The position numbers were made by a program, and so were the translations under genes. Under the pieces are notes generated by a model that was given only the letters and a program-made list of their open reading frames with translations, searched no databases and had not been told where the DNA came from. This document shows positions 45,739-57,700 of a DNA stretch of 64,000 bases, piece after piece (position 1 is the stretch's first letter; the number at the start of each line of letters is the position of its first letter). Source of the DNA: a virus; IMG/VR virus record IMGVR_UViG_3300021197_001653, positions 1-64,000 of that record. One strand, given 5' to 3'.

Positions 45739-47549
45739 TGGCTAATAGATATACAAATATAACAACTTCTCAATATGATCCTATGTCGTTACAGGAATTA
45801 ATGGCTGCTCCATCTTATTTAAGGAAGCAACATGATGATTTAGAATCACAAGCTAGTAAATTAGGAATAATTGATTCTAATAGATTGGATGTAGATAATG
45901 AGTTAGTTACAGGGGAAATAGGTAAATTTGAAGAAGGTGTAGGTTCTTATGTAGATCAATTAGCTACAGAAGGTTTTAATCCTACTAGCAAAAGAGGTTT
46001 ATATAAACTAGCTAAACAAAGAAGAGATTTATTATCACCTGAAGGTTCAATAGGTAAAGCAAAAAAAAGTTATGATGCTCATGCTAAAAATAAACAGGTT
46101 CTTTCTAAAATGTATCAAAGTGGTAAAATTAGTAAAGATAAATATGAATTAGGTATAGCTAAATCATTACAAGATTATACTAATACTGGTGGTATTGCTA
46201 ATCAAGGTGTTTATAATGACTTTAATGCAGTTAAGGATACGGATGTTATTGAGAAGGCCAGAAAGGTAGCTTTAGATATACAAAGGAATCCTAAAATATT
46301 AGAATCATTTGGTCTTATAAAAAAAGGTGATAGATATTATGATATTAAAACTAGAAAAGAATATACTCAACAAGGAGCTATAAAATTTGGAATTAAAAAT
46401 ACATTAGCGTTAGATCAAGATGTAATGTCTGATTTAAATCAGAGAGAACAATTAGGAATGCTTGGTGATAATACAGCTAGTGATTATTTAAATACATTAG
46501 GGTCTTTAGATGAAGTAATATACTCTAAAAATAAACAAACACAAACTAGACGTGGTTTCTTTGATCCTTTGGAAATAGCCGCTAAGAAGAAAGCATTAGA
46601 TAAAGCATACGAGACTAAAAATGTTGATTTTGAAGGGTTTGTTACTGGAAAACAAGTAATATATGATGAAGATTCAATAAATGATTTACAAAGGATAGTA
46701 AGTGGTAAGACACAAATTGATGAAACTAAATATGTAAATCATGGTGATGCATCTTTCTTATCAGCAATAGCAGATATATTTTCAGGTAAAGCACCAAAAA
46801 AACCTATAGTATTTAAGGAATTAAGTGGTGAATTAAAAACTAAAACTGAAAATATATTTAATGGTTTAAAAAGAACAGGTGTGCTTAGTGAAAATGCGTT
46901 AATAAATGATAAAGCTACACTTAAAGCTGTTGTAAATTATATGCAAAATAACCAAGCTGTTGTAATACAACCAAATCTTATTAAACATGGTGATGTGCTT
47001 AAATCTGAAAAAATTGGTAAAGACATTATTAATAATGCTTCTAGTAGAGAGTTTTATAATACTAAAACTGGTAAAATAATGACATATGAAGATATGATAG
47101 ATAAAGGTTACCTTACTGCTGAGAAAAATGATAATTATAAAGCTACAACATATAGAGGTAGTTTAGGTGCAGATAATATGTATTCATTAAAAGTTCCTGC
47201 ACATGCAAGAGCTGGTTATATTACACCACATGTACTAAATATAAAAGGTCAAGAGTTTTTAGTTCCTGGTAGTAGATCTCAATTAAATAGTCAGAAACAT
47301 TTAATGGATTCTAAATTTAATAGAGTATTCCAAAAATTAGCTACTCAACCTGGTTTACCAACCAATTTTCAATGGAAAGATCCACGTAATCAAAAAATTA
47401 GAGACGTTGAAATAATGAGATTATCTAAAACGAGTGAAGAATATCAAAAATATGGAGCACCTTACTTAATGAATATAGATGGTGTTTTAAAACCAATTAG
47501 CGAAGGTATTTTTAGAAGAATGCAAGCTGATTTAAATATGCAAAACTAA
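45738..47549 (+). CDS. ejected cargo protein 2
   Basis: MANRY...YDPMSLQEL start; no Cys; synteny. Confidence 0.7.
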   Translation: MANRYTNITTSQYDPMSLQELMAAPSYLRKQHDDLESQASKLGIIDSNRLDVDNELVTGEIGKFEEGVGSYVDQLATEGFNPTSKRGLYKLAKQRRDLLSPEGSIGKAKKSYDAHAKNKQVLSKMYQSGKISKDKYELGIAKSLQDYTNTGGIANQGVYNDFNAVKDTDVIEKARKVALDIQRNPKILESFGLIKKGDRYYDIKTRKEYTQQGAIKFGIKNTLALDQDVMSDLNQREQLGMLGDNTASDYLNTLGSLDEVIYSKNKQTQTRRGFFDPLEIAAKKKALDKAYETKNVDFEGFVTGKQVIYDEDSINDLQRIVSGKTQIDETKYVNHGDASFLSAIADIFSGKAPKKPIVFKELSGELKTKTENIFNGLKRTGVLSENALINDKATLKAVVNYMQNNQAVVIQPNLIKHGDVLKSEKIGKDIINNASSREFYNTKTGKIMTYEDMIDKGYLTAEKNDNYKATTYRGSLGADNMYSLKVPAHARAGYITPHVLNIKGQEFLVPGSRSQLNSQKHLMDSKFNRVFQKLATQPGLPTNFQWKDPRNQKIRDVEIMRLSKTSEEYQKYGAPYLMNIDGVLKPISEGIFRRMQADLNMQN

Positions 47550-50500
47550 TGGAAGATGAATTTGACATAGAAAATTTATACCCTGAATTAGACCCAGCTA
47601 CATTATCTAACCCAGATAATGTTTCTTCTATTATACAATATAATAGTAAACTTGGGGAATCTCAATATGATGATGGGTTTTTAGCACACTTACATCAAGA
47701 TGAAGGTGATATAGATACCGCTTTAAATTCATATAGAGCTAGTAAACAATCTGGTTGGGATCAATTAGGTAATTCATTAGGTAGACTTACTAATATTATA
47801 CCAGAAGCTATTGGTGGGATTGCATCAGCATTTGATTTTGAAGATTATTTTAATTCTAATCAGGAAGTTGGTAACTGGTTAACTACAATGATGGATGAAT
47901 GGAAAGAAACTACAACTGAAGCTTTACCAATATATAGAGAAAATCCTGGTAAGTCATTAGATTTTGGTGATTCAGGATGGTGGTTTGAAAACGGTTCATC
48001 TTTAGTTAATTCTATAGGTGGATTTGCTATATCTGGTGGTGTTATAACCAAAGGGTTAGGTGGTTTAAGTAAACTTTCTAGAGTTGATAAGCTAGCTAAA
48101 ATGATAGGGGGAGTAAATAAAGCTAATAAAGTAGGTCAAGTTGCTCAAACAGCTACTACAGCTACAATGCTTAACCAAGCTGAATCTATAATGGAAGCTA
48201 CCCAAGTATTTGATTCAACATATAAATTTGAATTTGATAAATTAAGTGCTGCTAATGATCCAGATGCTGAATCTAAAGCTAAACAAAAAGCTGCTGATGC
48301 CGCTAAATTAACTATTAATGCTAATAGAGCTAATATAATTTTAAATTTATCATCTGCTAATTTATTTTTAAAAGCACCTAAATTAACAAGCAATATACTT
48401 AAAAAGGAAACATTTAGAAGTAATTTAACTAGAGGTGGTGTTGAAGGTGTTCAAGAATCAGCTGAGGAAGTTATAAATTTAATAGCTGGTGATATAGGTA
48501 GAGCTTTTGGTGAAGATAAAGATTATAGTTTAAGTGCGGTATTAAATAATTTAAATGCAGCTGAAGCTACTGAAGCAGCCTTATTAGGTTTTATAGGTGG
48601 TATGGGTCAAACTGTTATCACAAAAGAAGGTGTTAATAGACTTAATAAAACTATTGATCCTGATACAGGTGAAAAAATATCAGTTAGAGATTATAATAAA
48701 AAACAATATGATCAACAACAAGAAATAATACAAGAATATGATGATAATGCTAAGGAAAATAATATTAAAACATTTACAAATGCATTTGATAGTATAAAAG
48801 ATAATTTGATATTACAAAAAGCTTATAAAAAAGCTATTAAAAATGAAGATAATGAAGAGGCTCAGAGACTAGCTAATTTAACATTAGGTGTCCAATCATT
48901 TCATGCTTTTAAAAATGGTACTACTGAAAACCTTATTAAATTATACGAAGAATTAAAAAAAGGCCCTCAGAAAGAGGGAATGGGTGAAGATTATAAAGAA
49001 AAAGCTTCTGCTGCTATTTCTAATATTAAAAAATTAGAAAAATACTATAATTTTTCACAAGAATTTGCTAATAATAAAGAGGTATATCTTAATAGGAACA
49101 TAGATGTAGAATTAACTAATGAACTTAATAATTATAATAATTTATTAACAGAAAAAGAAGGTGATTTAAATAGTAAAATAGAGCATAAGTTAAAATATAA
49201 GAGATATGCTAAATTAAACTTTCATCCTCAAGATAGACCTAAAATAAGCCCAACTCCTGTTACTGCTAGTGATTTAGATACTGAAACAGAAAATGTTTTA
49301 AAAAATAAGTTTAAATCTACTATAAAGAAGTTACCTGAGTATAAAGCCTATGTTGATACTCAAAATAAGATTGATGATATATTATCTAAAATTGATAAAA
49401 ATGACAATGATTTTAATAAAATAACATCTGATAAGTATCAAACATCTTACAAAAAGAAGATTGAATCTATTGATAAAGCTATTAAAAATTCTATTGATAA
49501 ACAACAAGCTAAAGTAGAAAAAGAAATTAAAACAGAAGAAGCGGAAGCAATTAAAGAGGAAGAAAAAGCTGTTAGAGCAGAAAAAGTTACTACCCAAGCA
49601 GTTGATGCTGAAACAGAAAATATTACAAATGATGTGCATAAAGCAGTCTCTAACTTAAAACCATATGATATTTTTACTATACCTGAAAGCCTTAGTGCTA
49701 CACATGCAGGTAAACAATTTTATTTAGATGGTAGTTCATCAACAGATGATATAAAAGTATTAAAAGATACTAATACTGGAAGTAATATTATTATTGAAGT
49801 ACCTACTTATAAGAAAACTCAAGCTAATAATTATGATATAGATGATTATGCTACATCTGAAGGTGGTGATATTAATAGAGTAGTTACAAATAATGAAAAT
49901 ACTTTAGATACTAATCCTGATAAAATAGGTAATGGTTCTAAATTAATAAGTACTGATAATAAAGGTAAAGCGTTTGATTTTATCAAAAAAGATTATGCAG
50001 CTTATTTAGATTATGAAAAAGAACCTATTGATAAGATTGGAACTATTGTAAAGTTCAGTTTAAATACAAACGATTTAAAGAATCCTAAATGGACAAAGGC
50101 TACGGCATTATATAAAAAAGGTATTAATACCTTAAATGATACTGAAATTGAATATTTAATAGATTATTTACCAATTGATGCTGTACTTACAGATAAAATT
50201 AAGGCTCCTATTGAAACTATACCTACTACTGAACAAGATCCAGTTAGATATATCAACAGTTCTAGAATATTAAGAAAGAATATTATTAACGAATTAATGA
50301 ATGGTAAATCTCTTAATGAGCTTAATACAACTATTGAAGGTCAATATGAAGGTGTTTTAAAAGTTGATGAAAAAGTTGATGGTAAGGTTCTTGAAAACTC
50401 CATAATGGACTTACATTTCTTAAAAGGTAAAAGTAAGGCTGATAAAATTAAAACAATTAAAGAAAATATAGGTGTTGTTAATGATAATGGTGATATTACA

Positions 50501-51715
50501 TTTGTAAATGGTGCAAAAGTACCAATGAAAGTTAGTTCTAAAGGTGAATTTTACTTAAGAATGCCAATGGCAAACGGTAAACCTTTCTATTTAAAACTAA
50601 ATAGTAAGAAAATATCTATTGATCATGCTTCATTATTACATGATTTATATTCTGTTAGAATAAATGATACTGACTTAACTAAATCTACAAGAATTAATGA
50701 GTTAGAACCATCACTAGCATCTAAAATTAATAATGTTTTAAAAGATGAGGTTAATCTTATAGGGACTAAAGGTGATTTAACAATAAAAGATGTTATTGAC
50801 TTTTTAGTATGGGATGGGGCTAAGTCAATTAAATCTAGAATTAAATTAGAAGGTACTGGAACTGAAGGAGGAAGGCAATTTATATATGGTAATCCTGGTT
50901 TAAATGGTGCTATAGTTAATAAAGGTGAGGTTATTAATAAAGAAAATTTTACTAATTGGCTAACTTCTGATAAAAGATATTCAATATCATTTAAACCTAA
51001 GAAAGGTCAACAATCTAAAGCTAGTATATCTATAAATGATAAATATTTAGAATACTTATTAGATAATAAAATATTAAATACAAACGCTGTTGTTGGTGAG
51101 AATAATCCAACTTTTCAAGGTTTTACAACAATTTACTTAAATAGTAATGGTATAGAGAAATCCAAAGTATCGCCAAAGTTTGATTCTAAAGTAGATGGTG
51201 ATTCTGATGATTTAGTTAGTAGAATTGTAGGTTCAAATACTTATCTTGCATCTATTAAAAGTGGTAGGCTGTTTTCAGTAAATAAAAATATTGAATCTCT
51301 TCATACTAGAATAATGAGTAATGCAGAACTAGTTAGTAGTGTAGTTAAAGATAATAAGATAATAGATCAATTTGAAAAAGAAAATAATGCGGATGACTCA
51401 TTTGATTTATTTCAAGATAGAGTTCTTGTAAGTTTAACTAGATATAGTGCACCAACTCCTAATTTAAAAGAAAAACTTGAAATTAAAGAAGTACAAAAAA
51501 AGAAAGAGAAAATAATACCTAAAGATGAAGTTAATGTTTCTGATAGATTAATACAAGATTTAACAATACATTTAGCAACAGCAGGATTACTTAGATTAGA
51601 TAAACAGTTTGAAAAAACATCTAAGAAAGGTAATAAAGCATTATTTGAATATTTAAAAAATATAGCTGATTCTAATAAAGAAGATATAGCTGCAATTATT
51701 AAAAAATGCCAATAA
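47549..51715 (+). CDS. large virion cargo protein preceding the RNAP
   Basis: 1388 aa; Gly/Ala-rich hydrophobic helices and EGVQESAEE motif; immediately upstream of RNAP. Confidence 0.75.
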   Translation: MEDEFDIENLYPELDPATLSNPDNVSSIIQYNSKLGESQYDDGFLAHLHQDEGDIDTALNSYRASKQSGWDQLGNSLGRLTNIIPEAIGGIASAFDFEDYFNSNQEVGNWLTTMMDEWKETTTEALPIYRENPGKSLDFGDSGWWFENGSSLVNSIGGFAISGGVITKGLGGLSKLSRVDKLAKMIGGVNKANKVGQVAQTATTATMLNQAESIMEATQVFDSTYKFEFDKLSAANDPDAESKAKQKAADAAKLTINANRANIILNLSSANLFLKAPKLTSNILKKETFRSNLTRGGVEGVQESAEEVINLIAGDIGRAFGEDKDYSLSAVLNNLNAAEATEAALLGFIGGMGQTVITKEGVNRLNKTIDPDTGEKISVRDYNKKQYDQQQEIIQEYDDNAKENNIKTFTNAFDSIKDNLILQKAYKKAIKNEDNEEAQRLANLTLGVQSFHAFKNGTTENLIKLYEELKKGPQKEGMGEDYKEKASAAISNIKKLEKYYNFSQEFANNKEVYLNRNIDVELTNELNNYNNLLTEKEGDLNSKIEHKLKYKRYAKLNFHPQDRPKISPTPVTASDLDTETENVLKNKFKSTIKKLPEYKAYVDTQNKIDDILSKIDKNDNDFNKITSDKYQTSYKKKIESIDKAIKNSIDKQQAKVEKEIKTEEAEAIKEEEKAVRAEKVTTQAVDAETENITNDVHKAVSNLKPYDIFTIPESLSATHAGKQFYLDGSSSTDDIKVLKDTNTGSNIIIEVPTYKKTQANNYDIDDYATSEGGDINRVVTNNENTLDTNPDKIGNGSKLISTDNKGKAFDFIKKDYAAYLDYEKEPIDKIGTIVKFSLNTNDLKNPKWTKATALYKKGINTLNDTEIEYLIDYLPIDAVLTDKIKAPIETIPTTEQDPVRYINSSRILRKNIINELMNGKSLNELNTTIEGQYEGVLKVDEKVDGKVLENSIMDLHFLKGKSKADKIKTIKENIGVVNDNGDITFVNGAKVPMKVSSKGEFYLRMPMANGKPFYLKLNSKKISIDHASLLHDLYSVRINDTDLTKSTRINELEPSLASKINNVLKDEVNLIGTKGDLTIKDVIDFLVWDGAKSIKSRIKLEGTGTEGGRQFIYGNPGLNGAIVNKGEVINKENFTNWLTSDKRYSISFKPKKGQQSKASISINDKYLEYLLDNKILNTNAVVGENNPTFQGFTTIYLNSNGIEKSKVSPKFDSKVDGDSDDLVSRIVGSNTYLASIKSGRLFSVNKNIESLHTRIMSNAELVSSVVKDNKIIDQFEKENNADDSFDLFQDRVLVSLTRYSAPTPNLKEKLEIKEVQKKKEKIIPKDEVNVSDRLIQDLTIHLATAGLLRLDKQFEKTSKKGNKALFEYLKNIADSNKEDIAAIIKKCQ

Positions 51716-51718
51716 AAT

Positions 51719-54700
51719 ATGGGAAAAATATGTAATAGACTTGCTGTAACTAATAACCAGCATTCAGAACTATTTAATACTTTACTTAGTATTGCTAATA
51801 ACAATGAAGAGTTAGCAGATGAGTATTATGCTTTTTTTAAGAGTGAAAGATTTATTAATGATTTTGGTGATTATCAAGATCAATATACTAATTTTGATGC
51901 TGCTAATTTAAAAATTAGTGAAAAAAGATTAGATATTAATCATGAACCTAAGTTATTTCTTGATAAAAAATATAATAGTTATTACTATAAGAATAAACAT
52001 CATAAAAAAGTATATTACCCTAGTAGTACTAGAAATTTAAATGTATATTATTCAAGTGAAGCTATTGACTCTATATCTAAAATTTTAGCATTAGACTTTT
52101 TAAAACCAAGAATAGGTGATGATTTTAATGATTTAAATCTAAATAAAGAAAAAGGTAGATTAATAGATAGTATTAAAAATAAATTAGAGTCTAAAATTAA
52201 AGAACTTAAATCAGGCCCTAGTATTATAGAAAAAACTAAAGGTGGGGTATTAGAATTAACATTACCTCACTTAAATGAATGGGTTAAGAATGTTGAAGAT
52301 TATTATAAATCTATTAATTTAAACTACGTTGAAACAACTGAACAAGATGATGTTGATGAAGATACATCAGCCCCTGGTCATGCATATGGGTTATCTTCTT
52401 TTGAAAAGAATTCAAAAGATAATGTTACGAGTAATATAAAACTTAGACTTTCTTTATTGCAACATGGGACAGAGGTGGATTATTTATTTTATGAACCTAT
52501 ATTAATATCTTTTGATGAAGTCAATAGTTCTTTACAGAAAACTTTAACTAATAGTATTGCTTTAATGAAAAATGGTCAACAAGAAGACTTGTTTGAAATA
52601 TATAAGCAAGAGATACATACATTATCATTAAAAAAACCTTATTTAAAATCTTTAACAGCTCAATTAGATAATATTACTGATATTAATTTAAAGTCTCAAT
52701 TTGTAAGAGCATTTAATCTAGATAAAAATAATTTTATAGGTACAATATATGATATAACTAAAGACAATATTATTGTAGATGTATTAAATTTATCTGATGT
52801 TGGCTCTAAAACCAATATGGTTAAAAATAACTGGACATATTCTTTTATTAAAACTGTATCAAATTCTAATCTTGAGATTGATGAGGCATCTATTACTAAG
52901 ATAAATGATATAGAATCTGCTTTTAAAGGATTTTATGGTGATAAAAATAGTGGTTTTAGAAAAGATGTATATAAAGGTACTGTAAACCTAGAAAGGGCTA
53001 GTGATGAAATTAGAAATATATTAAATGACTTAGGTATAAATACAACTGAAAATGGATTTAATCATTATTTAGATGGTTTAGAAACTAGTACAGCTGATAA
53101 AGATTTAAGAATAGAAAACTTAAGTAATTTATTATCTAGTGTTAATTATTTATTTAAGAGTTTAAAAACTATAACTACTAAGAATTATAAAGATATTTTA
53201 AATAGTCAGAATGAAATAACAAACTTAGCTAAGGCTGAGTCATTCTTTATTTCAGAAGGTTCTGACGCATCTATATTTTCAGTAGGTAAATCTAAATGGG
53301 TTTATTCTAACCCTTCTTACTTATCTAATAAGGTAAAAGAATGGAATAAGGATATTACATATTTAGATAATCATTTCAATGCTAGTGAATTTAATAAAGG
53401 TTCTCATTATATGTCTACCATGTTAAACACTCCTAGTTTAGTTAAAAATCTTACTTTAAATGTATTTAATTCACTGCAAGTAAAAAATGACGCTGTCAAT
53501 GCTAGTGATGGTAAAACATTATCTAAGAATGATGCACTTGCAGATTCATATAATAAAATATTAGGTTATAAAAAACCAGGTGGGAAGTCTTATTTTAATA
53601 CTCCTACACCAGCAGATAAATCAACTCAATATCAAATAGGTATTCCTAATGAGCTAATGGTGGAAACTAATGCTTCATTTGATAGAGATACTAATCAAGT
53701 TGTTATAAATGATTCAGCTTATGAAATATTAGTAAGCTATATTGTATCTGAACATAATAGAATGAGAAAAGTTCAGAAGGAGATTGATTCTGGTACAACT
53801 ACAATGATAGAGCATTACCATATAGGTAGAAAGAATGGTATTAAGTTTCAAAGTATTCCTGAATTAAACCATGATAATTTTAAAAACTTAGGTTTTAATT
53901 TTGAACTATATGGTGAGAGTGGAGAAGTTTTAGATATTGATTTAACTGTTGAAGCTAAAGCTCAAATTAAAGAATATATTAAAGATATAGTATCTAAAAA
54001 CATTAAAGTTTTTTATGATACATTATTTGATAAGAAGTTGTTATCATATAATGCAGATGGTGTGATTATCAATAAAGGTATTGACAGTAGTATATGGTCT
54101 TCATATGATTCTAGATTTAGACCATTAAAGGTTGCGTCAGATATATTTATAAATGGTTTAATATCTCAGATAGAATATTCTAAAATGTTCTCTGGTGATG
54201 TAGCTTATTATAAAAATGCAGATGATTATAAGAAAAGAATACCTGCTACATATACAGATGGGTTGCAGTTATACACGCAATCATATGATAACCCTGTTGA
54301 TCAAAATAAAGAAAATTATTTTAACATTGCTGTTATCAATAATGTAGTAGTAAAAACACCTTATTATGAAGAATTAGTAAAATTAGTAGGTGAAGATATA
54401 GCTAGTAAATATTCTGACATTAACTCTACTGATGCACAAGCATGGATTACTCCTGAAAGATGGAAGTTTTTAATGGTAAGGTTAGGTAAATGGTCAAATG
54501 TACATGATTCAATTTATGACAAGTTTAATAACCCAAATGCTGAATATACTTCTACTGAATTAAAACAAGTAGCACAACCCTTAAAAGGTGTGTATTTTGA
54601 GATTAATAATGGTGTACCTGTTTACTTAAAGTATTCACAAGCTGTATTAGTTCCTAATATGGTTAGAAATAATAAAGGGTTGCAGACATTAGTTAATAAA

Positions 54701-57700
54701 ATGAAGGATGCTGATATACAAGAACTTATTACAATTGATGGTGTAAAAGTTGGTGCAGCAAAACCTGTTAAAACTCATACTGATGAAGGTATTGTTTTAA
54801 ATAACTTTGAATTAACACCATATCAATTAAAGAATAGTGGTTGGAAACTTCAACAAGATTTACCTATTAAGACATTCAAGTTAACTGAAGTAGGTTCTCA
54901 GATTCAAAAGAATATATATGCTGGTTTATCAAGTAATTTAGATAAAACATTTGATGTTAATGATATTGAAATGAGTGGTTCTGAATTAATAGAATACATT
55001 AATAATATAGTAGCTCAATTATCTAATAAAGGTAAGGATAGATTCACAAAGGAATTTGATGTTGATGATAATAATAAAATCAATAATATAGACGCTCTTA
55101 CTGATACACTATTAGATGAATTAAAAACTAGAGGTGCTTCTAAAAATGTCATACAAGCATTAGAAAGTGGTATTACCCCTTATGCTATACCTGGATATCA
55201 GCAAAAAATACAGAATGTATTTGCATCTATTGTATTAAAGAGATTAGTTAAAATTAAGACTAATGGTGGTTCATTTATTCAGATGTCTAACTATGGTTTA
55301 AATAAAGATGAAGCTGATAATAAAGGTGTTATATGGACTCCATGGGCTAAGGAAACTACACATGAATATGAGGTTATAGGTGAAAAGAATGGTAGACAGA
55401 TAATTAGACCTGCTGGTATGTTAATCAGTGGTAGTTTAATAGCTAAATATATACCTAACTATAAGAAATATAGTACTGCTCAATTATTTGGAACAAAAGA
55501 GAATGATTATAAAGATGCAATGATAGATAAGAGAATTCTAGATTCAATAATAGGATATAGAATACCTAATCAGCATTTAGCGTCTAATGATGCATTAGAG
55601 GTTGTTGGTATATTACCAGAAGAAATGGGTGATACTGTTATTGCTTATACAGGTATTACAACTAAGACTGGTAGTGATTTTGATATTGATAAGATGTATC
55701 TAATGATTCCTTCAATTAAAGCTATAAGAAAAGATGGTGACGTATCTAAATTAAAGTATGTAGAAGATGAAGGTCTTAGTTTGGAAGATCAATCATTAGC
55801 TCAGTTACAAAATAGTTTAATTCAAGCTTATAAGGCTGTTATATTAAATGAAAATGTGATTGAAGATGTAATGACACCCATTGATTTTGATTTTATTAAA
55901 GATGATATATTAGATTTATTTCCTAAAGATCCTATTGAAGCATATGATACATTTAATATCAATAAAGATGTAGATTTAAAATATGAATTTATGGCTGGAA
56001 ACGCTGGTATTGGTCAAACTGCAAATATGCTAGTTGATCATAACAGAGGGTTAATGGCTGATATATATTTAAATGATACTGATATTGGAATGGGTTTTAA
56101 AAATGATAAAGGTTTCACTACATTTGACACAGAATACTCTGAAGTATTAAATGAAATAAAAGACCCTAAATTAAAAAGTATTAAAGTAGCACATTCTTTA
56201 TCTGCAATAATGAATGGTTACGTTGATATAGCTAAAGATTCATATATAACAAGAGGTAACTGGACTACACAAACAGCTAATGTTGGATTTATGTTAATAA
56301 GAGCTGGTGTACATCCATTTAAGGTGAATGCTTTATTAGGACAACCTATTATTAGAGAGTATGTTGATTTTATAACTAACTCAGAATCTAAGATAATTAA
56401 TGAAACTAGTAATATTAAAGATAAGTTTAAACAAGAACAAATAAGAAAATTATTAGAAAACGATACATCAATAATTACAATTAATGGTATATCATTAACT
56501 AAACGTAAGATATATAAATTAGTAGATAGTAAACCAACCCTTAATAAATTAGCTACAATATTTAAATTAAAAGAAGCTGATGAAGAAGTGTTAGATTTAT
56601 ATAAGCATTTAAAGTCATTAGATAAATTATTTGAAGATACTAAATCTGCTAATGCTAGTAACTTATCATTAAAAGATCTTAGATACAATGTAAAGAATCC
56701 TAAGTCTGCTAAGTTACAACCTGAGATATTAAATTGGTTCTATGAATTAGTAGATAACTCTAAGAAACTAGTGGAGAACATTAATGCATCTAAAGTTGAT
56801 GTGAATGGTTACGGTAAGAATATTGGATCTTTAATTGTTACAACTAATCTAATAAATAAATTATTAAATGAGAAAGAAAGTGGTAGTTTTATGGGGTATG
56901 CTTCAAAGCTTCATTATAATAATGAACCAACAATACTAGGGGCTTATACTGAGAATTCAGTTAATTATATTAAAGATGTAATGCAAGCTAATCCATTATT
57001 TTTTGCTACGGCTAATCAGTCAATAATTAATACATTTAATGATATTTCTAAGAGTATTACTAATGAAAATTTAATGAATCCTAAACTAGCTGATAAATTA
57101 GAAAAAGATTTTTATTCATATTTATTAAGTGGTTTTGAACCATTAAAAACTAGCCAAGAAGAGAAAGAAGATTTAATAAATAATTTACCTGATAGATTAA
57201 TGGCTTATTCTAAAGAAAATGAAAACTTATTCATAAAAGAATTAGATATTAAATTAGGGGATGATAGTATTTTTTATATTACAATGAATAATAAGAAAAA
57301 AACTCCTGAATATCAAACTGAATTAACAAATGCATGGTTAGATTTAATAGTTGAAAATAAAAAATTAGGTAATGATTTAATTAAATATTCTTATTTAACA
57401 TCTGGATTTAAAATGAATATAAATCAGTTTTATACTTATATACCATATCAATTCTTTGCTGAAGGGCATATAGATGAGTATATTAATGAAACATTATTTG
57501 AGTTGAGTAATTCAGATATATCAGATAAACAATTTAGTACACAATTCTTTTCTCATAATATTACTGATTACCAACTTGTAGGTAAAATACATGGTAGTCA
57601 ATTGAATAAAAAAGGATTATCTAATCCAGCAGGTGTTATTTTAGAACCTAATGAAAACTTCAAAGGTGTTAAAGAATATTATGTATATGAAGTTAGTAGT